From NCBI GenBank assembly GCA_002269645.1, contig NIVC01003367.1:1-37270 (forward strand): DNA of 37,270 nt, written 5' to 3'. Positions 21,542 through 34,561 of this stretch are shown piece after piece. Every line of letters begins with the position of its first letter. Position 1 is the first letter of the stretch. The DNA comes from Macrostomum lignano. Lineage: Eukaryota. The translations under genes were made by a program, and so were the position numbers. The notes beneath the pieces were generated by a model that worked only from the letters and a program-made list of their open reading frames with translations, did not search any database and was not told where the DNA came from.

Positions 21542-23446
21542 TGATACATAACTTTCTCTAATTTGAACGCTTTAAATTATTGGAAGTAAAATTAGCCCAT
21601 GCAAGTCATCATAGCTAATCGGAAATCTATTTTTGAGTTGCAATTTTTGTTATTACGATTATTTATTACTCGTTTTTTATTTGTTATAACAGAAGGCTGT
21701 TTTTCTGTGGGCTATTCGAGTGTATAGATTAATGCACTATGTCATACGCTTGTAAATGTACACTTGCAAGCCACAAGCCGGCCCTGCTTATCGGTAGGAA
21801 ATACATGCATGTTTATGCTTTACCTCTATGCTTGCTTTTTCCCAGCCTGACATATGCTGTCAAATTAAAAAAACCATAATTCGCATACATGTATGCGGAT
21901 GTGCCTTGGCTGCAAATAAATTTACGAGTATATTGAAGGAGCTATATTGCACGCTAACTCACCACAATGCCCACAAAGTGTTATGGGTTTCTACCCCATC
22001 ATCCTGAGTGAATATTGACTGTCTCTTTTGTAGCTTGGAGAATAATTGCTCCAATTAGCAACTGCTCCGGTCTCTGCTCATCCGGAAGTGCACCATAAAC
22101 GCCAGGACTCGGTGCCCCAGACTGCGGGAACCCTAACACCCGCTTTGTTGCACACTGCATGGTCCAACTTCCTGGCTGAATTACTGAAATTTTGTTTTGC
22201 CAAAATGCGATCGCTGCATGTAGCTTTGCTACTCAGAACTTTAGTGTGCTCAAGTCTACTTGAGCGCTCCGCGTTCAATATTTGTCTGACTGAGTTACAC
22301 AGCATTTCAACGTTTGGCTTTTTAAACTGAGAGCCCTAATTAAAGCAAAAAAGCTCATTTTAAAATTTTTCGCCGATCAAATGGTTTTGGTGGAGAAAGC
22401 ATAGCTGCCTAGCCTTTTAATCGATTTTTCTAGAGAAGAGAAGTGCACAATGAAAGCACTCCCTTCACTGTGTTGCAAATTTCTCAAACAAAATAATTGT
22501 ACAAACTCAACTGATTCGTTAAGTCGTAAAATCCCAAAGCTACGTGTATCTTGCGTTAAGTTGATTATTTACAATACATTTACGAGTAATTGCGGACCAG
22601 GTGCTAATTAACCTTGGGTTCAGTGCAACCAATTAATTTAATTAGAATGATATCACTATAATTGAAAGTGAAGTCACGTGACAAAAAGGTAGACGGAATA
22701 TCATAGGAGCAAGTTACAACAAAAATTACTAAGTAATTAGTAAGATTCGATAAGAAGATATCCAAAAATCTTTTTTAGTATAGTGGACTAGCAATCTGCG
22801 CCCCCATTGGGGAGACAATAAAGAAAGGAATAAAAGAACGAATGAACTACACGTGACTGTTGACCTTCTACACATTCAAGAAACATTGTTTGTTTCTTAA
22901 GCTAAGATAACCAAAGCCTTTATTTACCCCTCACTCTCCCTTTGTTTCTTGGCCAACCAACAACTCCCAATTGACCATTGGCATCTCAGCAATGGTCAAT
23001 ATACTATGAAAAATAGGCATTACTCTTTACGCAATAGAGATACATGTACTCTCCTACATGCAGATACATGTAGATGCCTGTGTGTGAGCTGGATTTATAT
23101 ATTTAATTAATGCGAAAACAAAAAATATTTCGTTTCGCACCGCCGTCTGCAAAAGACAGGTGATTCTTTAGTAGAGCTATCACTAAAATAGTATTCTTCA
23201 ATAAAGCATCAAAAGCATTACAGTACAGAATTCTAATTTAGCTCGTAAGTGGGTGTTTATTTGGTTTAAAAATTTACGAATACCAGACATACAGCTTATA
23301 GTACATTTATCAGTACTTGCAAACCTCTGCTGTACACAATCAAAAGTCATTAGATTCCAGTGCAGAGTGCTGTTAGAAATAAATAAAAGGTTTCTGTGTT
23401 CGACTAATAGTGAAATTTAGCTTTGTCTGTGGATATTTTTTAAATT

Positions 23447-23682
23447 TCCCCGGACTTCACATTCCCCCACTTCACATTTACCACACTTCACATTCCCCAC
23501 AATTCATATTCCCCGGACTTCACATTCCTCACACTTCACATTCCCCACACTTCACATTCCCCACACTTCACATTCCCCACACTTCACATTCCCACACTTC
23601 ACATTCCCCACACTTCACATTCCCCACACTTCACATTCCCCACACTTCACATTCCCCACACTTCACATTCCCCACACTTCAC
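23447..23682. repeat. 16-bp minisatellite (CACATTCCCCACACTT)n downstream of the stomatin stop
   Basis: Tandem units read directly. Confidence 0.93.
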
Positions 23683-23860
23683 CATCAACACATGTTTCAA
23701 TATTAAAACCAAATTGACATCGACAATAAAAATATTCTGGATCGCAATAATCGAGCGCCCATTTTCGGACTTTATTCGCAATTGGTTCACAAAATAAAAT
23801 CAAAGTTTGCAGCTCCAGTCCCGCTTCTGTCACCACAAGACCCGTACAGTTTCGCTGAGC

Positions 23861-24229
23861 TCACTCTTTCTTCTCGACGGTTTTTTGGGCACCGCCGCAG
23901 ACGCCTCCACCGCTGCCAAAGTGAGCCAGAACCTCCATTGGCAGCGGGAAAATGATGGTTGAGTTCTTCTCGGCAGAGATGGCGCTCAGAGTCTGCAGAT
24001 ACCGCAGCTGCAGAGCAAACGGCGACTGCTCAATCACGGCTGCCGCATCGCGCAGAGCCTTGGACGCTCGCTGCTCACCCTCGGCCATGATCACCTTCGC
24101 CCGCGCCTCCCTGGCCGCTTCCGCTTCGGCCGCCATCGCGCGCTGCAGCACGACTGGCAGGCGGACATCCTTGATCTCCACCCGCTCCACCTTGACGCCC
24201 CACGGGTCCGTGGCCAGGTCGAGGCACTC
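23861..24229 (-). CDS. stom: Stomatin/band-7 (SPFH) protein, last exon
   Basis: Acceptor ATCCAG|GAG, phase 0; ECLDLATDPWGVKVERVEIKDVRLP..LQRAMAAEAEAAREARAKVI.AEGE..ALQLRYLQTL..I.AEKNSTIIFPLP is a canonical stomatin C-terminus. Confidence 0.95.
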   Translation of the reverse strand, partial: ECLDLATDPWGVKVERVEIKDVRLPVVLQRAMAAEAEAAREARAKVIMAEGEQRASKALRDAAAVIEQSPFALQLRYLQTLSAISAEKNSTIIFPLPMEVLAHFGSGGGVCGGAQKTVEKKE

Positions 24230-24254
24230 CTGGATTGCAGGGATGAATTTTGTA

Positions 24255-25960
24255 ATAAATCTGGTGCCAAATTTACAGATTGAATGCCAAGTTCACAGAT
24301 TTGGCGCTACATTCACAGATTTGGTGCCACATTCACAGATTTAGGATGCCACATTCACAGATTTGATGCCACATTCACAGATTTAGCGCTACATTCACAG
24401 ATTTGGTGCCACATTCACAGATTTGGCGCTACATTCACAGATTTGGCGCTACATTCACAGATTCGGCGCTACATTCACAGATTTGATCTACATTCACAGA
24501 TTTGGTGCCACATTCACAGATTTAGTGCCACATTCACAGGTTGGTGCCACATTAACAGATTTGGTGCCACATTAACAGATTTGGTGCCACATTCACAGGT
24601 TGGTGCCACATTAACAGATTTGGTGCCACACTCACAGATTTGATGCCAAACTCACAGATTTAGTGCCAAATTTACAGATTTGATGCCACATTCATAGATT
24701 TAGTGCCACATTAACAGATTTGGTGCCACATTCACAGATTTGATGCTACATTAACAGATTTTGTGCAACATTCACAGATATGGCCAGCATTCACAGATTT
24801 GATGCCACATTCACAGATTTTGTGTTAAGATTTACAGGTTTGGAGCTACATTCACAGGTTGGTGCCACATTAACAGATTTGGTGCCACACTCACAGATTT
24901 GATGCCAAACTCACAGATTTAGTGCCACATTCACAGATTTGATGCCACATTCATAGATTTGGTGCCACATTAACAGATTTGGTGCCACATTCACAGATTT
25001 GATGCTACATTCACAGATTTTGTGCAACATTCACAGATATGGCGCAGCATTCACAGATTTGATGCCACATTCATAGATTTGGTGCCACATTAACAGATTT
25101 GGTGCCACATTCACAGATTTGATGCTACATTCACAGATTTTGTGCAACATTCACAGATATGGCGCAGCATTCACAGATTTGATGCCACATTCACAGATTT
25201 TGTGTTAAGATTTACAGGTTTGGAGCTACATTCACAGGTTGGTGCCACATTAACAGATTTGGTGCCACATTAACAGATTTGGTGCCACATTCACAGGTTG
25301 GTGCCACATTAACAGGTTGGTGCCACATTAACAGATTTGGTGCCACACTCACAGATTTGATGCCAAACTCACAGATTTAGTGCCAAATTTACAGATTTGA
25401 TGCCACATTCATAGATTTAGTGCCACATTAACAGATTTGGTGCCACATTCACAGATTTGATGCTACATTCACAGATTTTGTGCAACATTCACAGATATGG
25501 CCAGCATTCACAGATTTGATGCCACATTCACAGATTTTGTGTTAAGATTTACAGGTTTGGAGCTACATTCACAGGTTGGTGCCACATTAACAGATTTGGT
25601 GCCACACTCACAGATTTGATGCCAAACTCACAGATTTAGTGCCACATTCACAGATTTGATGCCACATTCATAGATTTGGTGCCACATTAACAGATTTGGT
25701 GCCACATTCACAGATTTGATGCTACATTCACAGATTTTGTGCAACATTCACAGATATGGCGCAGCATTCACAGATTTGATGCCACATTCACAGATTTTGT
25801 GTTAAGATTTACAGGTTTGGAGCTACATTCACAGGTTGGTGCCACATTAACAGATTTGGTGCCACATTAACAGATTTGGTGCCACATTCACAGGTTGGTG
25901 CCACATTAACAGATTTGGTGCCACATTCACAGGTTGGTGCCACATTAACAGATTTGGTGC
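24255..25960. repeat. 20-bp minisatellite (ATTCACAGATTTGGTGCCAC)n filling the stomatin intron, with higher-order duplications
   Basis: 20-bp period; the diagnostic variant TGTGTTAAGATTTACAGGTTTGGAGCTAC recurs four times (near 24821, 25201, 25539, 25799). Confidence 0.95.
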
Positions 25961-26008
25961 GTCATCAAATTTCTAAGAAAGCCACTAGCCCAGAAGTCAC
26001 CAGCCGAC

Positions 26009-26512
26009 CTGCATCATGCCGCTGATGCCCTCTCGCTCGGACAGGATCTCCGACAGATTCTTTGTTCCCAGAACGTTTCTCAGCGTTGTCTGAGCCAGCA
26101 GCCGGGTTGATCGGTCGGCGTCCTCAACATTGGTGACGCTCACTACCGGACTGAAGATCCGATAGAACACCACGGCATCGACTGCCACCGTCACGGAGTC
26201 CTTCGTGAGCACCTCCTGTGGTGGCACGTCGAACGTCACGGTGCGCAGGTCGACTTTTCGCACCAGATCGCAGCAGGGCACCACGAAGAACAGCCCGGGA
26301 CCCTTGCCGTCTTGACCGAGCACGCGGCCTAAGCGAAACACTACCGCCCTCTCGTAGTCTGTCACCACGCGGAGACAGAAAATCAAGGAGAATGGAAAGG
26401 CCATGGCTATTAGAAGCAGGCTGAACACGAATAGGCATCGAGAACAGAGACTGTCGCCTTTGCTGTCCTCCTGCGACGGGTCGCCAATGGGAGCGGACAC
26501 TGAGGCGGCCAT
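26009..26512 (-). CDS. stom: Stomatin/band-7 protein, main 5' exon (start uncertain)
   Basis: Hydrophobic hairpin FPFSLIFC, then DYERAVVFRLGR, KGPGLFFVVPC, KVDLRTVTFDVPPQEVLTKDSVTVAVDAVV, LLAQTTLRNVLG. Donor CAG|GTCGGC at 26008. ATG 26512 is in GCCGCCATGG context, but the frame stays open to 26674, so an upstream exon is possible. Confidence 0.9.
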
Positions 26513-26759
26513 GGCGGCGGCTTCGGCTTTCAACGGGCCGAGAGGGTCCGCAACCAGACTGGCCACTTGGTGGGCTTGGAGCAGACTGGCTACCGGCCGC
26601 TTGCTGCCGTCCTTGCCAGCGCTTGCTGTCGTAGATGCTTTGGAAGTCTGATCGACAGTTGTACATGCATGCAAGCCACGTTAATAAAGAGATAATAGAT
26701 TTGCTTTAGTACCATGTAATTTAACATATGTAGGATTGAATTGGACTCAAGAAGTTCTC

Positions 26760-27370
26760 CAGTGTCCAGTGTCTCCATATGAATCTCAGTGTCTCCATAC
26801 GAGTCTCTCAGTGCCTCCATGTGAGTCTCAGTGTCTCCATGTGAGTCTCAGTGTCTCCATATGAGTCTCAGTGGCTCTATATGAGTCTCAGTGTCTCCAT
26901 ATGAGTCTCAAGTGTCTCATATGAGTCTCAAGTGTATCCATATGAGTCTCTTAGTGTCTCCATGTGAGTCTCAGTGTCTCCATGTGAGTCTCAGTGTCTC
27001 CATATGAGTCTCAGTGGCTCTATATGAGTCTCAGTGTCTCCATATGAGTCTCAAGTGTCTCATATGAGTCTCAAGTGTCTCCATATGAGTCTCTTAGTGT
27101 CTCCATGTGAGTCTCAGTGTCTCCATGTGAGTCTCAGTGTCTCCATATGAGTCTCAGTGGCTCTATATGAGTCTCAGTGTCTCCATATGAGTCTCAAGTG
27201 TCTCATATGAGTCTCAAGTGTCTCCATATGAGTCTCTTAGTGTCTCCATATGAGTCTCAAGTGTCTCCTTGTGAGTCTCAGTGTCTCCATATGAGTCTTG
27301 AGTGTCTCCATATGAATCTCAGTGTCTCCATATGAGTTTTAAGTGTCTCCACATGAGTTTAAAGTGTCTT
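26760..27370. repeat. 20-bp minisatellite (GTGTCTCCATATGAGTCTCA)n
   Basis: Tandem units with 19-22-bp variants, read directly. Confidence 0.95.
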
Positions 27371-29417
27371 TATCTACCTGTGTTCATAGACAATGAATTT
27401 TACAAGATTAAACGAAATTAGTAGATGTATTAGGCGAGTACGAAAGAACAAAACTTACCATATTCTTCTCGTGCAATTATTGTTTTAATGAATTTTGTAG
27501 GATTTTTGTAGAGTTTTTAAGATGCCAAATGGTACCAGCGTTTCCAGCTTTATATTTAGTTCTCTAACACAATTGTTTCGAATTTTGTTACACAACGGTT
27601 GCAACCCAGCAGCAGTTTTGCTAGAGAAGTTAATTTTCACATTCAAATGCATGGCACAAAACAGTCCGTTCAAAATACACACTTGTCATTGGTCTTTTTG
27701 CTGTTGCAAAAAATGATTGGTCAACGCCAACGGAAATCCCAAAAACGAAAAAACTATGCCGTTTTCAGATGTAGCTACTGAATACATGTACAAGCGTATT
27801 TTAAATGGATATAGTGCAAGTAAATATGAAAATTTATACTTTAAGAGGCCCTGCTCCAAATGTTCATTTTAGTTATTAATTGTAATTGCAACTTCTCGCG
27901 GTGCCGGCAGCGTGACAGTTAAAAAAACTTCCTCGCTTACCCATACATACCGAATACAAATCTGTCGATCTTAGAGAAGCCCTGGATTCTACTGACATGT
28001 ACTTATTCTAGATAGTGAATGCAACAAAACAAAAAGCTGATTTTTACTGCCTTCAACGTAATATGTGAATGTATCAAGAATTAAAGGGCTCTGCACATGC
28101 CATAATTTGAACAATAGAGATTTATAGCCTGCTGAAACAATACACATAACTGGTTGAAACACAAAAAGCACAGTCTATGACTTTACCGTACACGTACCGT
28201 TTTTCTGCACTAAATAAAAATTTGCACTCTACCTGTGCATACATGTATTGTAAATCTAACGTGTCTAATATTCTGATATTAATGACGGCTTTCACATAAT
28301 TATAGATTAGGTTATCAGATTTTATAAGATTCTCAGTTTAAAAATTCATCTTACTGCCCTTGAAAGCTCTAAGGTCGCTTTAATTTGAAAGTGAAGCGTA
28401 TAATAAAATATGTAAGATAATGTTTAATTTCTTATTAACTGCAACAAGTATTTATCTTAATTCTAAATTAATAATGTCCATACACATTTATGCAATTATG
28501 TTTTAATAAAATTACAATTTTGTTTTAACCCGTTGTTCTCATTGCCTCTAGGCAAATTCTTTATTTGATTTGACTGATTATCGGCAGTTTTAGTCAAACT
28601 AGCCTAGATTTATTTATAAGCTTTTAGTTTTATATACAATACAGTACAAACGTTATTAAAGTCCATACCATATATTAAAAATTGATTGTTCTTATCTATT
28701 TGCGTAGGTATCCATGTATCATAGGTATCAGCAAATTTCTACTGAAAATTTACAAAGAGCACTACTGGCCGTCTCACCGTCTGCGCGTCTGCATTTTTCT
28801 AGCATATTTTAACAGACCAAAAACCAAAATTCTGAGCGATAATAATGCTCAGTTAGTCGCTATAAGATATCTTCGAAGTGTTACGTTAGGTTTTTGATAC
28901 TTTTTCAGTAGTCTAGGTCATATCTTTGTTAGTTTTACAAGCACCTAATGTGGTTGAGAAATCAGTTGCATTTGCAATATATTTTATTATTTATCGATCT
29001 TTTTATTTCGCAATATGCTTAAACCTAAATTTATAAATAATTTAACTAACAACAGTACAGTACAAAAATCTATACATTAATTTGATATATTTATCTATAA
29101 AAACAAACTCTAAAAACAAAGTGGTACCTTGTCCTTAACTCTAAAGATTATAAACCATGAGAGAAATCTTCAATCATACATAATATAGCTGTTGATTTGA
29201 ATAAGATTTTTGCAACAATGACCGTTGAGGTTTAAAATTGTACATTTTGTTTTTACTGATTAAATGTTTTAATTATTCAAAATAGTTAAACCATTTACAA
29301 TAGTTAAATGACATTGATAATAAAAATTGTATTTATCATTAACTATATTCCAGCTAAAATTACAGTTATAGCCGCTAAAAAAGGCAATAAAAAATAAACA
29401 GAGCCAAATAGATAAAA

Positions 29418-29646
29418 ATGGGCTCGGCTCCTTCCCAGTCTCGACCTCAATCGGCCGCCGCCACCGATAGCAGCAGCGGAGTCAATCAGACATCAAAGCC
29501 GCCGCCTCCGCCAGCGTCCAGGACAGTCAGCGCTCGAAGCTACGCTGACAGAGGCAGATCGGCAACGGCGGTACAGCACTTGACCATCATGCCAAACAGA
29601 CAGTACTCGCCTGAACAGCTTGAGAATCGCATGAAATGGCGAGACG
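29418..29646 (+). CDS. Cupredoxin-like repeat protein, exon 1 (MGSAPS N-myristoylation-type start)
   Basis: AAAATGG start; MGxxxS motif; phase-1 donor G|GTGCGT at 29647 joins exon 2 in frame. Confidence 0.7.
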
Positions 29647-29650
29647 GTGC

Positions 29651-29652
<2 letters not shown>

Positions 29653-29715
<63 letters not shown>

Positions 29716-29765
29716 CCTCTCCCTCCCTCTCCCTCCCTCTCTCTCCCTCTCTCCTACCCTCTCCC
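29653..29765. repeat. (CT)n / (CCCT)n microsatellite in intron 1
   Basis: Direct reading. Confidence 0.95.
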
Positions 29766-29810
29766 TTTCTCCTAAAAATATAGTCTACTTTCTAATAAAA
29801 ATAATTCCAG

Positions 29811-29887
29811 ATCCCAGCGAGATCGTCAGTGTAACAATAAACCAGTCAGGATTCTCCAAGACCTCAGTCAATATTGTAACTGGCAAT
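29811..29887 (+). CDS. Cupredoxin-like repeat protein, exon 2
   Basis: TTCCAG|AT..AAT|GTAAGC; (D)PSEIVSVTINQSGFSKTSVNIVTGN; phase 1 in, phase 0 out. Confidence 0.8.
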
Positions 29888-29979
29888 GTAAGCTGCAGAT
29901 TGGACTGTGTACACCTAAAAGTACAAAAATATAGTCCCAATTCTTTAACCCTACAAAAGTCACTCCTCTCATATTCCAG

Positions 29980-30404
29980 TTTGTCGCATTCTCGTGGAAC
30001 ATCGCTGACTCTGAAGCGGCAGCCGCCACGGAGCCTTCTTTGGGGTGCAACGTGACGCAGGTGGTGCACGATGGCGAGCAGTTCCGGCCGGTCCCCGGCG
30101 GCATCCACTCCGGCCAGCTGACTGCTCGGGGAAATTTCTCCCATCGCTTTGGTATTGTGGGAGAGTTCACGTTTGTCTGCGCTGGGATTCGCTGCCAGCC
30201 GCTAACTGTTCGAGTTTCGGAGCGCCCGCCGTTTCAGATTGAGTTCGCTGCTGATCGTGGCTTCTCAGTTGAGTCCGCGGATTTGGAGGCCGGAGAATCG
30301 GTGAAATGGCTCTGGCGGGATTTGCCTGCGGAGATGCGGGTGTTGCCGGCTGAGCTGTGCATCAACTGTAGACTACGGCAGTCTGATGGGTCCGGTTCGG
30401 AAAG
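29980..30404 (+). CDS. Cupredoxin-like repeat protein, exon 3
   Basis: TTCCAG|TTT; FVAFSWN..CNVTQV..PGGIHSG..GNFSHRF..GEFTF..LTVRV, then IEFAADRGFSVESADLEAGESVKWLW; phase-2 donor AG|GTACCT. Confidence 0.85.
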
Positions 30405-30424
30405 GTACCTGAGTAATTTGTTGG

Positions 30425-31026
<602 letters not shown>

Positions 31027-31340
31027 GATACTCGTAGTAAGATCAGATTTGTTCTCAAAGTAAGTAATATTTATTTATACAAAAGGCATCGATGCCATGG
31101 TACAATTAAAAGTAAACGGCAGGAGTAACTATACTTTAATTTTAGATTTAAAAATCATCACCATCTTTGTAGTAAAATTTGTTCAATCCTCAACGATCTA
31201 CACTCAGTCTCACTCTGCTCCAGCTTCTCCAATCGACAAGTGTTTGCTTGAGCACAGCGTCTCTCATTCTGTCCATGTCGTCTTCACTTAGCTCACTTCC
31301 CATTCCGCTTACTATAACTATACGAAGTACTTCAGACTCC

Positions 31341-31354
31341 GTTTCCATGGCAAC
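31341..31354. promoter_or_regulatory. RFX X-box consensus GTTTCCATGGCAAC
   Basis: Exact match to the GTTNCCATGGNAAC consensus, in intron 3; function not shown. Confidence 0.5.
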
Positions 31355-31478
31355 TCAGACTCCGATACAGAGAGAGAGAGAGAGAGAAAACTGCTAATGT
31401 TCCAACTGCACAGAGTATCAAATTTCCTGCAGAGACTCAAAATCAATATTTCTGAATATACTCGAACCATTTTTTCAG

Positions 31479-31526
31479 TACGAAAAACCCACCAACTTGC
31501 AGCGGAAGTTTTGAGCAGCAATTTAA
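31479..31526 (+). CDS. Cupredoxin-like repeat protein, exon 4 (48 nt)
   Basis: TTTTTCAG|T..AA|GTAAGT; (S)TKNPPTCSGSFEQQF(N); phase 2/2. Confidence 0.8.
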
Positions 31527-31606
31527 GTAAGTTGTTCCCAATTTTATAAAGTACAAAGTTTTGAGTTCACAGACTTCAAGATGATGTTTTTATTCTGTGT
31601 TTTCAG

Positions 31607-31696
31607 CCAACCGGGAATTTATTATTTTGTAACTGAGAGTAGCAAAGAAGAGTTGAATGGACATCTGAGCACTGTTCGAGTGAGGGACTGCTACAG
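31607..31696 (+). CDS. Cupredoxin-like repeat protein, exon 5
   Basis: TTTCAG|C..AG|GTGAGA; QPGIYYFVTESSKEELNGHLSTVRVRDCY; phase 2/2. Confidence 0.85.
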
Positions 31697-31846
31697 GTGA
31701 GAATTCGTTGTCCTTGATGCCCGTCTTTGTTATTTACTAGATGTGATGTAGATTTATTGATCGACTACATGTAGATGTACCTTAGGACATACTGTAGAAT
31801 ATTTTATAATTACCCTGCATATGTTTTCTATATTTAAATGTACAAT

Positions 31847-31970
31847 AGATATTCTCTAGACTTAGCATAGATATGCTGCAGATATTCTCTAGACTTAGCA
31901 TAGATATGCTGCAGATATTCTCTAGACTTAGCATAGATATGCTGCAGATATTCTCTAGATTTACCTAGAT
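31847..31970. repeat. 33-bp tandem repeat (about 3.5 copies), intron 5
   Basis: AGATATTCTCTAGACTTAGCATAGATATGCTGC repeated. Confidence 0.85.
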
Positions 31971-32120
31971 TCACAGTCTCTAGCTTATCTCTAGACTGAC
32001 ATAATTTAAGCTTATCTCTAGACTGACATAATTTAAATATTCTCTAGATTTACAGTAGATATGCCTTAGATATTCTCTAGCTTTAACAGAAAAAGCACCA
32101 CAAAAACTCCGCCACAAAAG

Positions 32121-32286
32121 GGAGCACCGGGTTCGAATCCGCGACGACGGCTTTGACCCGCCCATAACGTTTATCAGCGTTGGCGACCGAGTCTGGTTCG
32201 AGTGGGGCGGTGGCGGCTCCGACATCTGCCAGTTTCGACACGCGCCGTTTGAGATTTCCGCTGACAGATCCGGACCCGAGTTTAAG
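32121..32286 (+). CDS. Cupredoxin-like repeat protein, exon 6
   Basis: (R)EHRVRIRDDGFDPPITFISVGDRVWFEW..SGPEFK. The in-frame acceptor is an atypical ACAAAAG|G; phase-0 donor AAG|GTGTCT. Not in the ORF track. Confidence 0.8.
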
Positions 32287-32705
32287 GTGTCTACCCTGTG
32301 TCTACCCTGTGTCTACCCTGTGTCTACCCTGTGTCTACCCTGACATGTCTACTCTGTGTCTACCTGTGTCTACCTGTGTCTACCCTGTGTCTACCCTGTG
32401 TCTACCCTGTGTCTACCCTGTGTCCACCCTATGTCTACCCTGTGTCTACCCTGTGTCTACCCTGTGTCCACCCTATGTCTACCCTGTGTCTACCCTGTGT
32501 CTACCCTGTGTCCACCCTATGTCTACCCTGTGTCTACCCTGTGTCTACCCTGTGTCTACCCTGTGTCCACCCTTGCCCTGTGTCTACCCTGTGTCTACCC
32601 TGACATGTCTACTCTGTGTCTACCCTGTGTCTACCCTGTGTCTACCCTGTGTCTACCCTGTGTCCACCCTATGTCTACCCTGTGTCTACCTATGTCTACC
32701 CCTTG
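32287..32705. repeat. 11-bp minisatellite (GTGTCTACCCT)n starting exactly at the intron 6 donor
   Basis: The first unit begins with the donor GT at 32287. Confidence 0.93.
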
Positions 32706-32985
32706 TCTATTACATATCTATCCCGGGATGTGTCTCTTTTATAACATCTACCGGTGTCTATCCAATTTTCAACTCAATCCTATAGCTCCTACTATCCCAT
32801 GTACATATTTTTTGATTTCTGTCTTGTCGTATAAATCTTCTGTAACCTAAAATACGAGTCATTGAAATCTTTCTCATTAATTTATTCTCTTTCATGCCTC
32901 ATTATTTTACTTATATCAGTAGGCAAGTAGCGAATTTTTATCACATTTTTGCACAAATTTGTAACGAAACTCGCCGCCCACGCAG

Positions 32986-33394
32986 CCAACCCAGGCCGCC
33001 TACCGCTGGCAGCGCGCCAGCCGATGCGGCCTGATGGCGCACGATTTTCTAAGAATCATCAAGCCGGACGCCACCTGCTACGTCAGCCATTTCGCCGACC
33101 TGTCGGCGGCCACTGTTGGCAAACTGCGTCGCAGATCAGGCAAATTGGGATCAATTGTCGTGTCGGTCAGGCCGGCTCAAGTTGAAGTTCGAGTTGATGA
33201 AGCTGGGCGTTTTCAGCCGGATTTTCTCAGCCTCTCGGTCGGTGATTCGGTGCTGCTCGAGCTGCAGGGCGAGGCCAATAAGCGACTGACCGACTTGAAA
33301 CTTGTTGGCGGAACGGCGCTTAGCAACGATGAAGTTGAAAATTGGCGGAAGCTGGGGAACTCCGGAGATGATGGCGAGAGTTTCGGCTGCTCAG
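32986..33394 (+). CDS. Cupredoxin-like repeat protein, exon 7
   Basis: CACGCAG|CCA, phase 0; PTQAAYRW..VEVRVDEAGRFQPDFLSLSVGDSVLLEL; phase-1 donor TCAG|GTGAGA. Confidence 0.8.
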
Positions 33395-33502
33395 GTGAGA
33401 GCTGAGTTGGCGTTTCTAAAATTCAAAATATTTGACTTATCTTCTTCAAAATTTGCTATTAGTTCTTCAAAACTTAAGACATTGACATTGACATTTAAGA
33501 CA

Positions 33503-34561
33503 TTGAGACAGGCACTGAGACAGGCACTGAGACAGGCACTGAGACAGGCACTGAGACAGGCAATGAGACAGGCACTGAGACAGGCACTGAGACAGGCACT
33601 GAGACAGGCACTGAGACAGGCACTGAGACAGGCACTGAGACAGGCACTAAAACAGACACTGAGACAGGCACTGAGACAGGCACTGAGACAGGCACTGAGA
33701 CAGGCACTAAAACAGACACTGAGACAGGCACTGAGACAGGCACTGAGACAGGCACTGAGACAGGCACTAAAACAGACACTGAGACAGGCACTGAGACAGG
33801 CACTGAAACAGACACTGAGACAGGCACTAAAACAGACACTGAGACAGGCACTGAGACAGGCACTGAGACAGGCACTGAAACAGGCAATGAGACAGGCACT
33901 AAAACAGACACTAAAACAGACACTGAGACAGACACTGAGACAGACACCGAGACAGGCACTGAAACAGGCACTGAGACAGGCACTGAGACAGGCACTGAGA
34001 CAGGCACTGAAACAGGCAATGAGACAGGTACTAAAACAGACACTAAAACAGACACTGAGACAGGCACTGAAACAGGCACTGAGACAGGCACTGAAACAGG
34101 CACTGAGACAGGCACTGAAACAGGCACTGAGACAGGCACTGAAACAGGCAATGAGACAGGCACTAAAACAGACACTAAAACAGACACTGAGACAGACACT
34201 GAGACAGGCACTAAAACAGACACTAAAACAGACACTGAGACAGACACTGAAACAGGCACTGAGACAGGCACTGAAACAGGCAATGAGACAGGCACTAAAA
34301 CAGACACTAAAACAGACACTGAGACAGACACTGAGACAGGCACTAAAACAGACACTAAAACAGACACTGAGACAGACACTGAAACAGGCACTGAGACAGG
34401 CATTGAAACAGGCACTGAGACAGGCACTGAAACAGGCACTGAGACAGGCACTGAAACAGGCACTGAGACAGGCACTGAAACAGGCACTGAGACAGGCACT
34501 GAAACAGGCAATGAGACAGGCACTAAAACAGACACTGAGACAGACACTGAGACAGACACTA
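33503..34561. repeat. 12-bp minisatellite (GAGACAGGCACT)n, intron 7
   Basis: Direct reading; source of the LRQA/SVCL/PVSV repeat ORFs. Confidence 0.97.

Noticed and set aside
22078-22305. Minus-strand ORF with faint resemblance to a GIY-YIG/Penelope tail (LEHTKVL)
   Set aside because: Too few matching residues, and no upstream GIY/YIG or RT motifs.
32130-32140. Perfect Pol III B box GGTTCGAATCC
   Set aside because: It lies in coding exon 6 (RVRIR), with no A box or cloverleaf.
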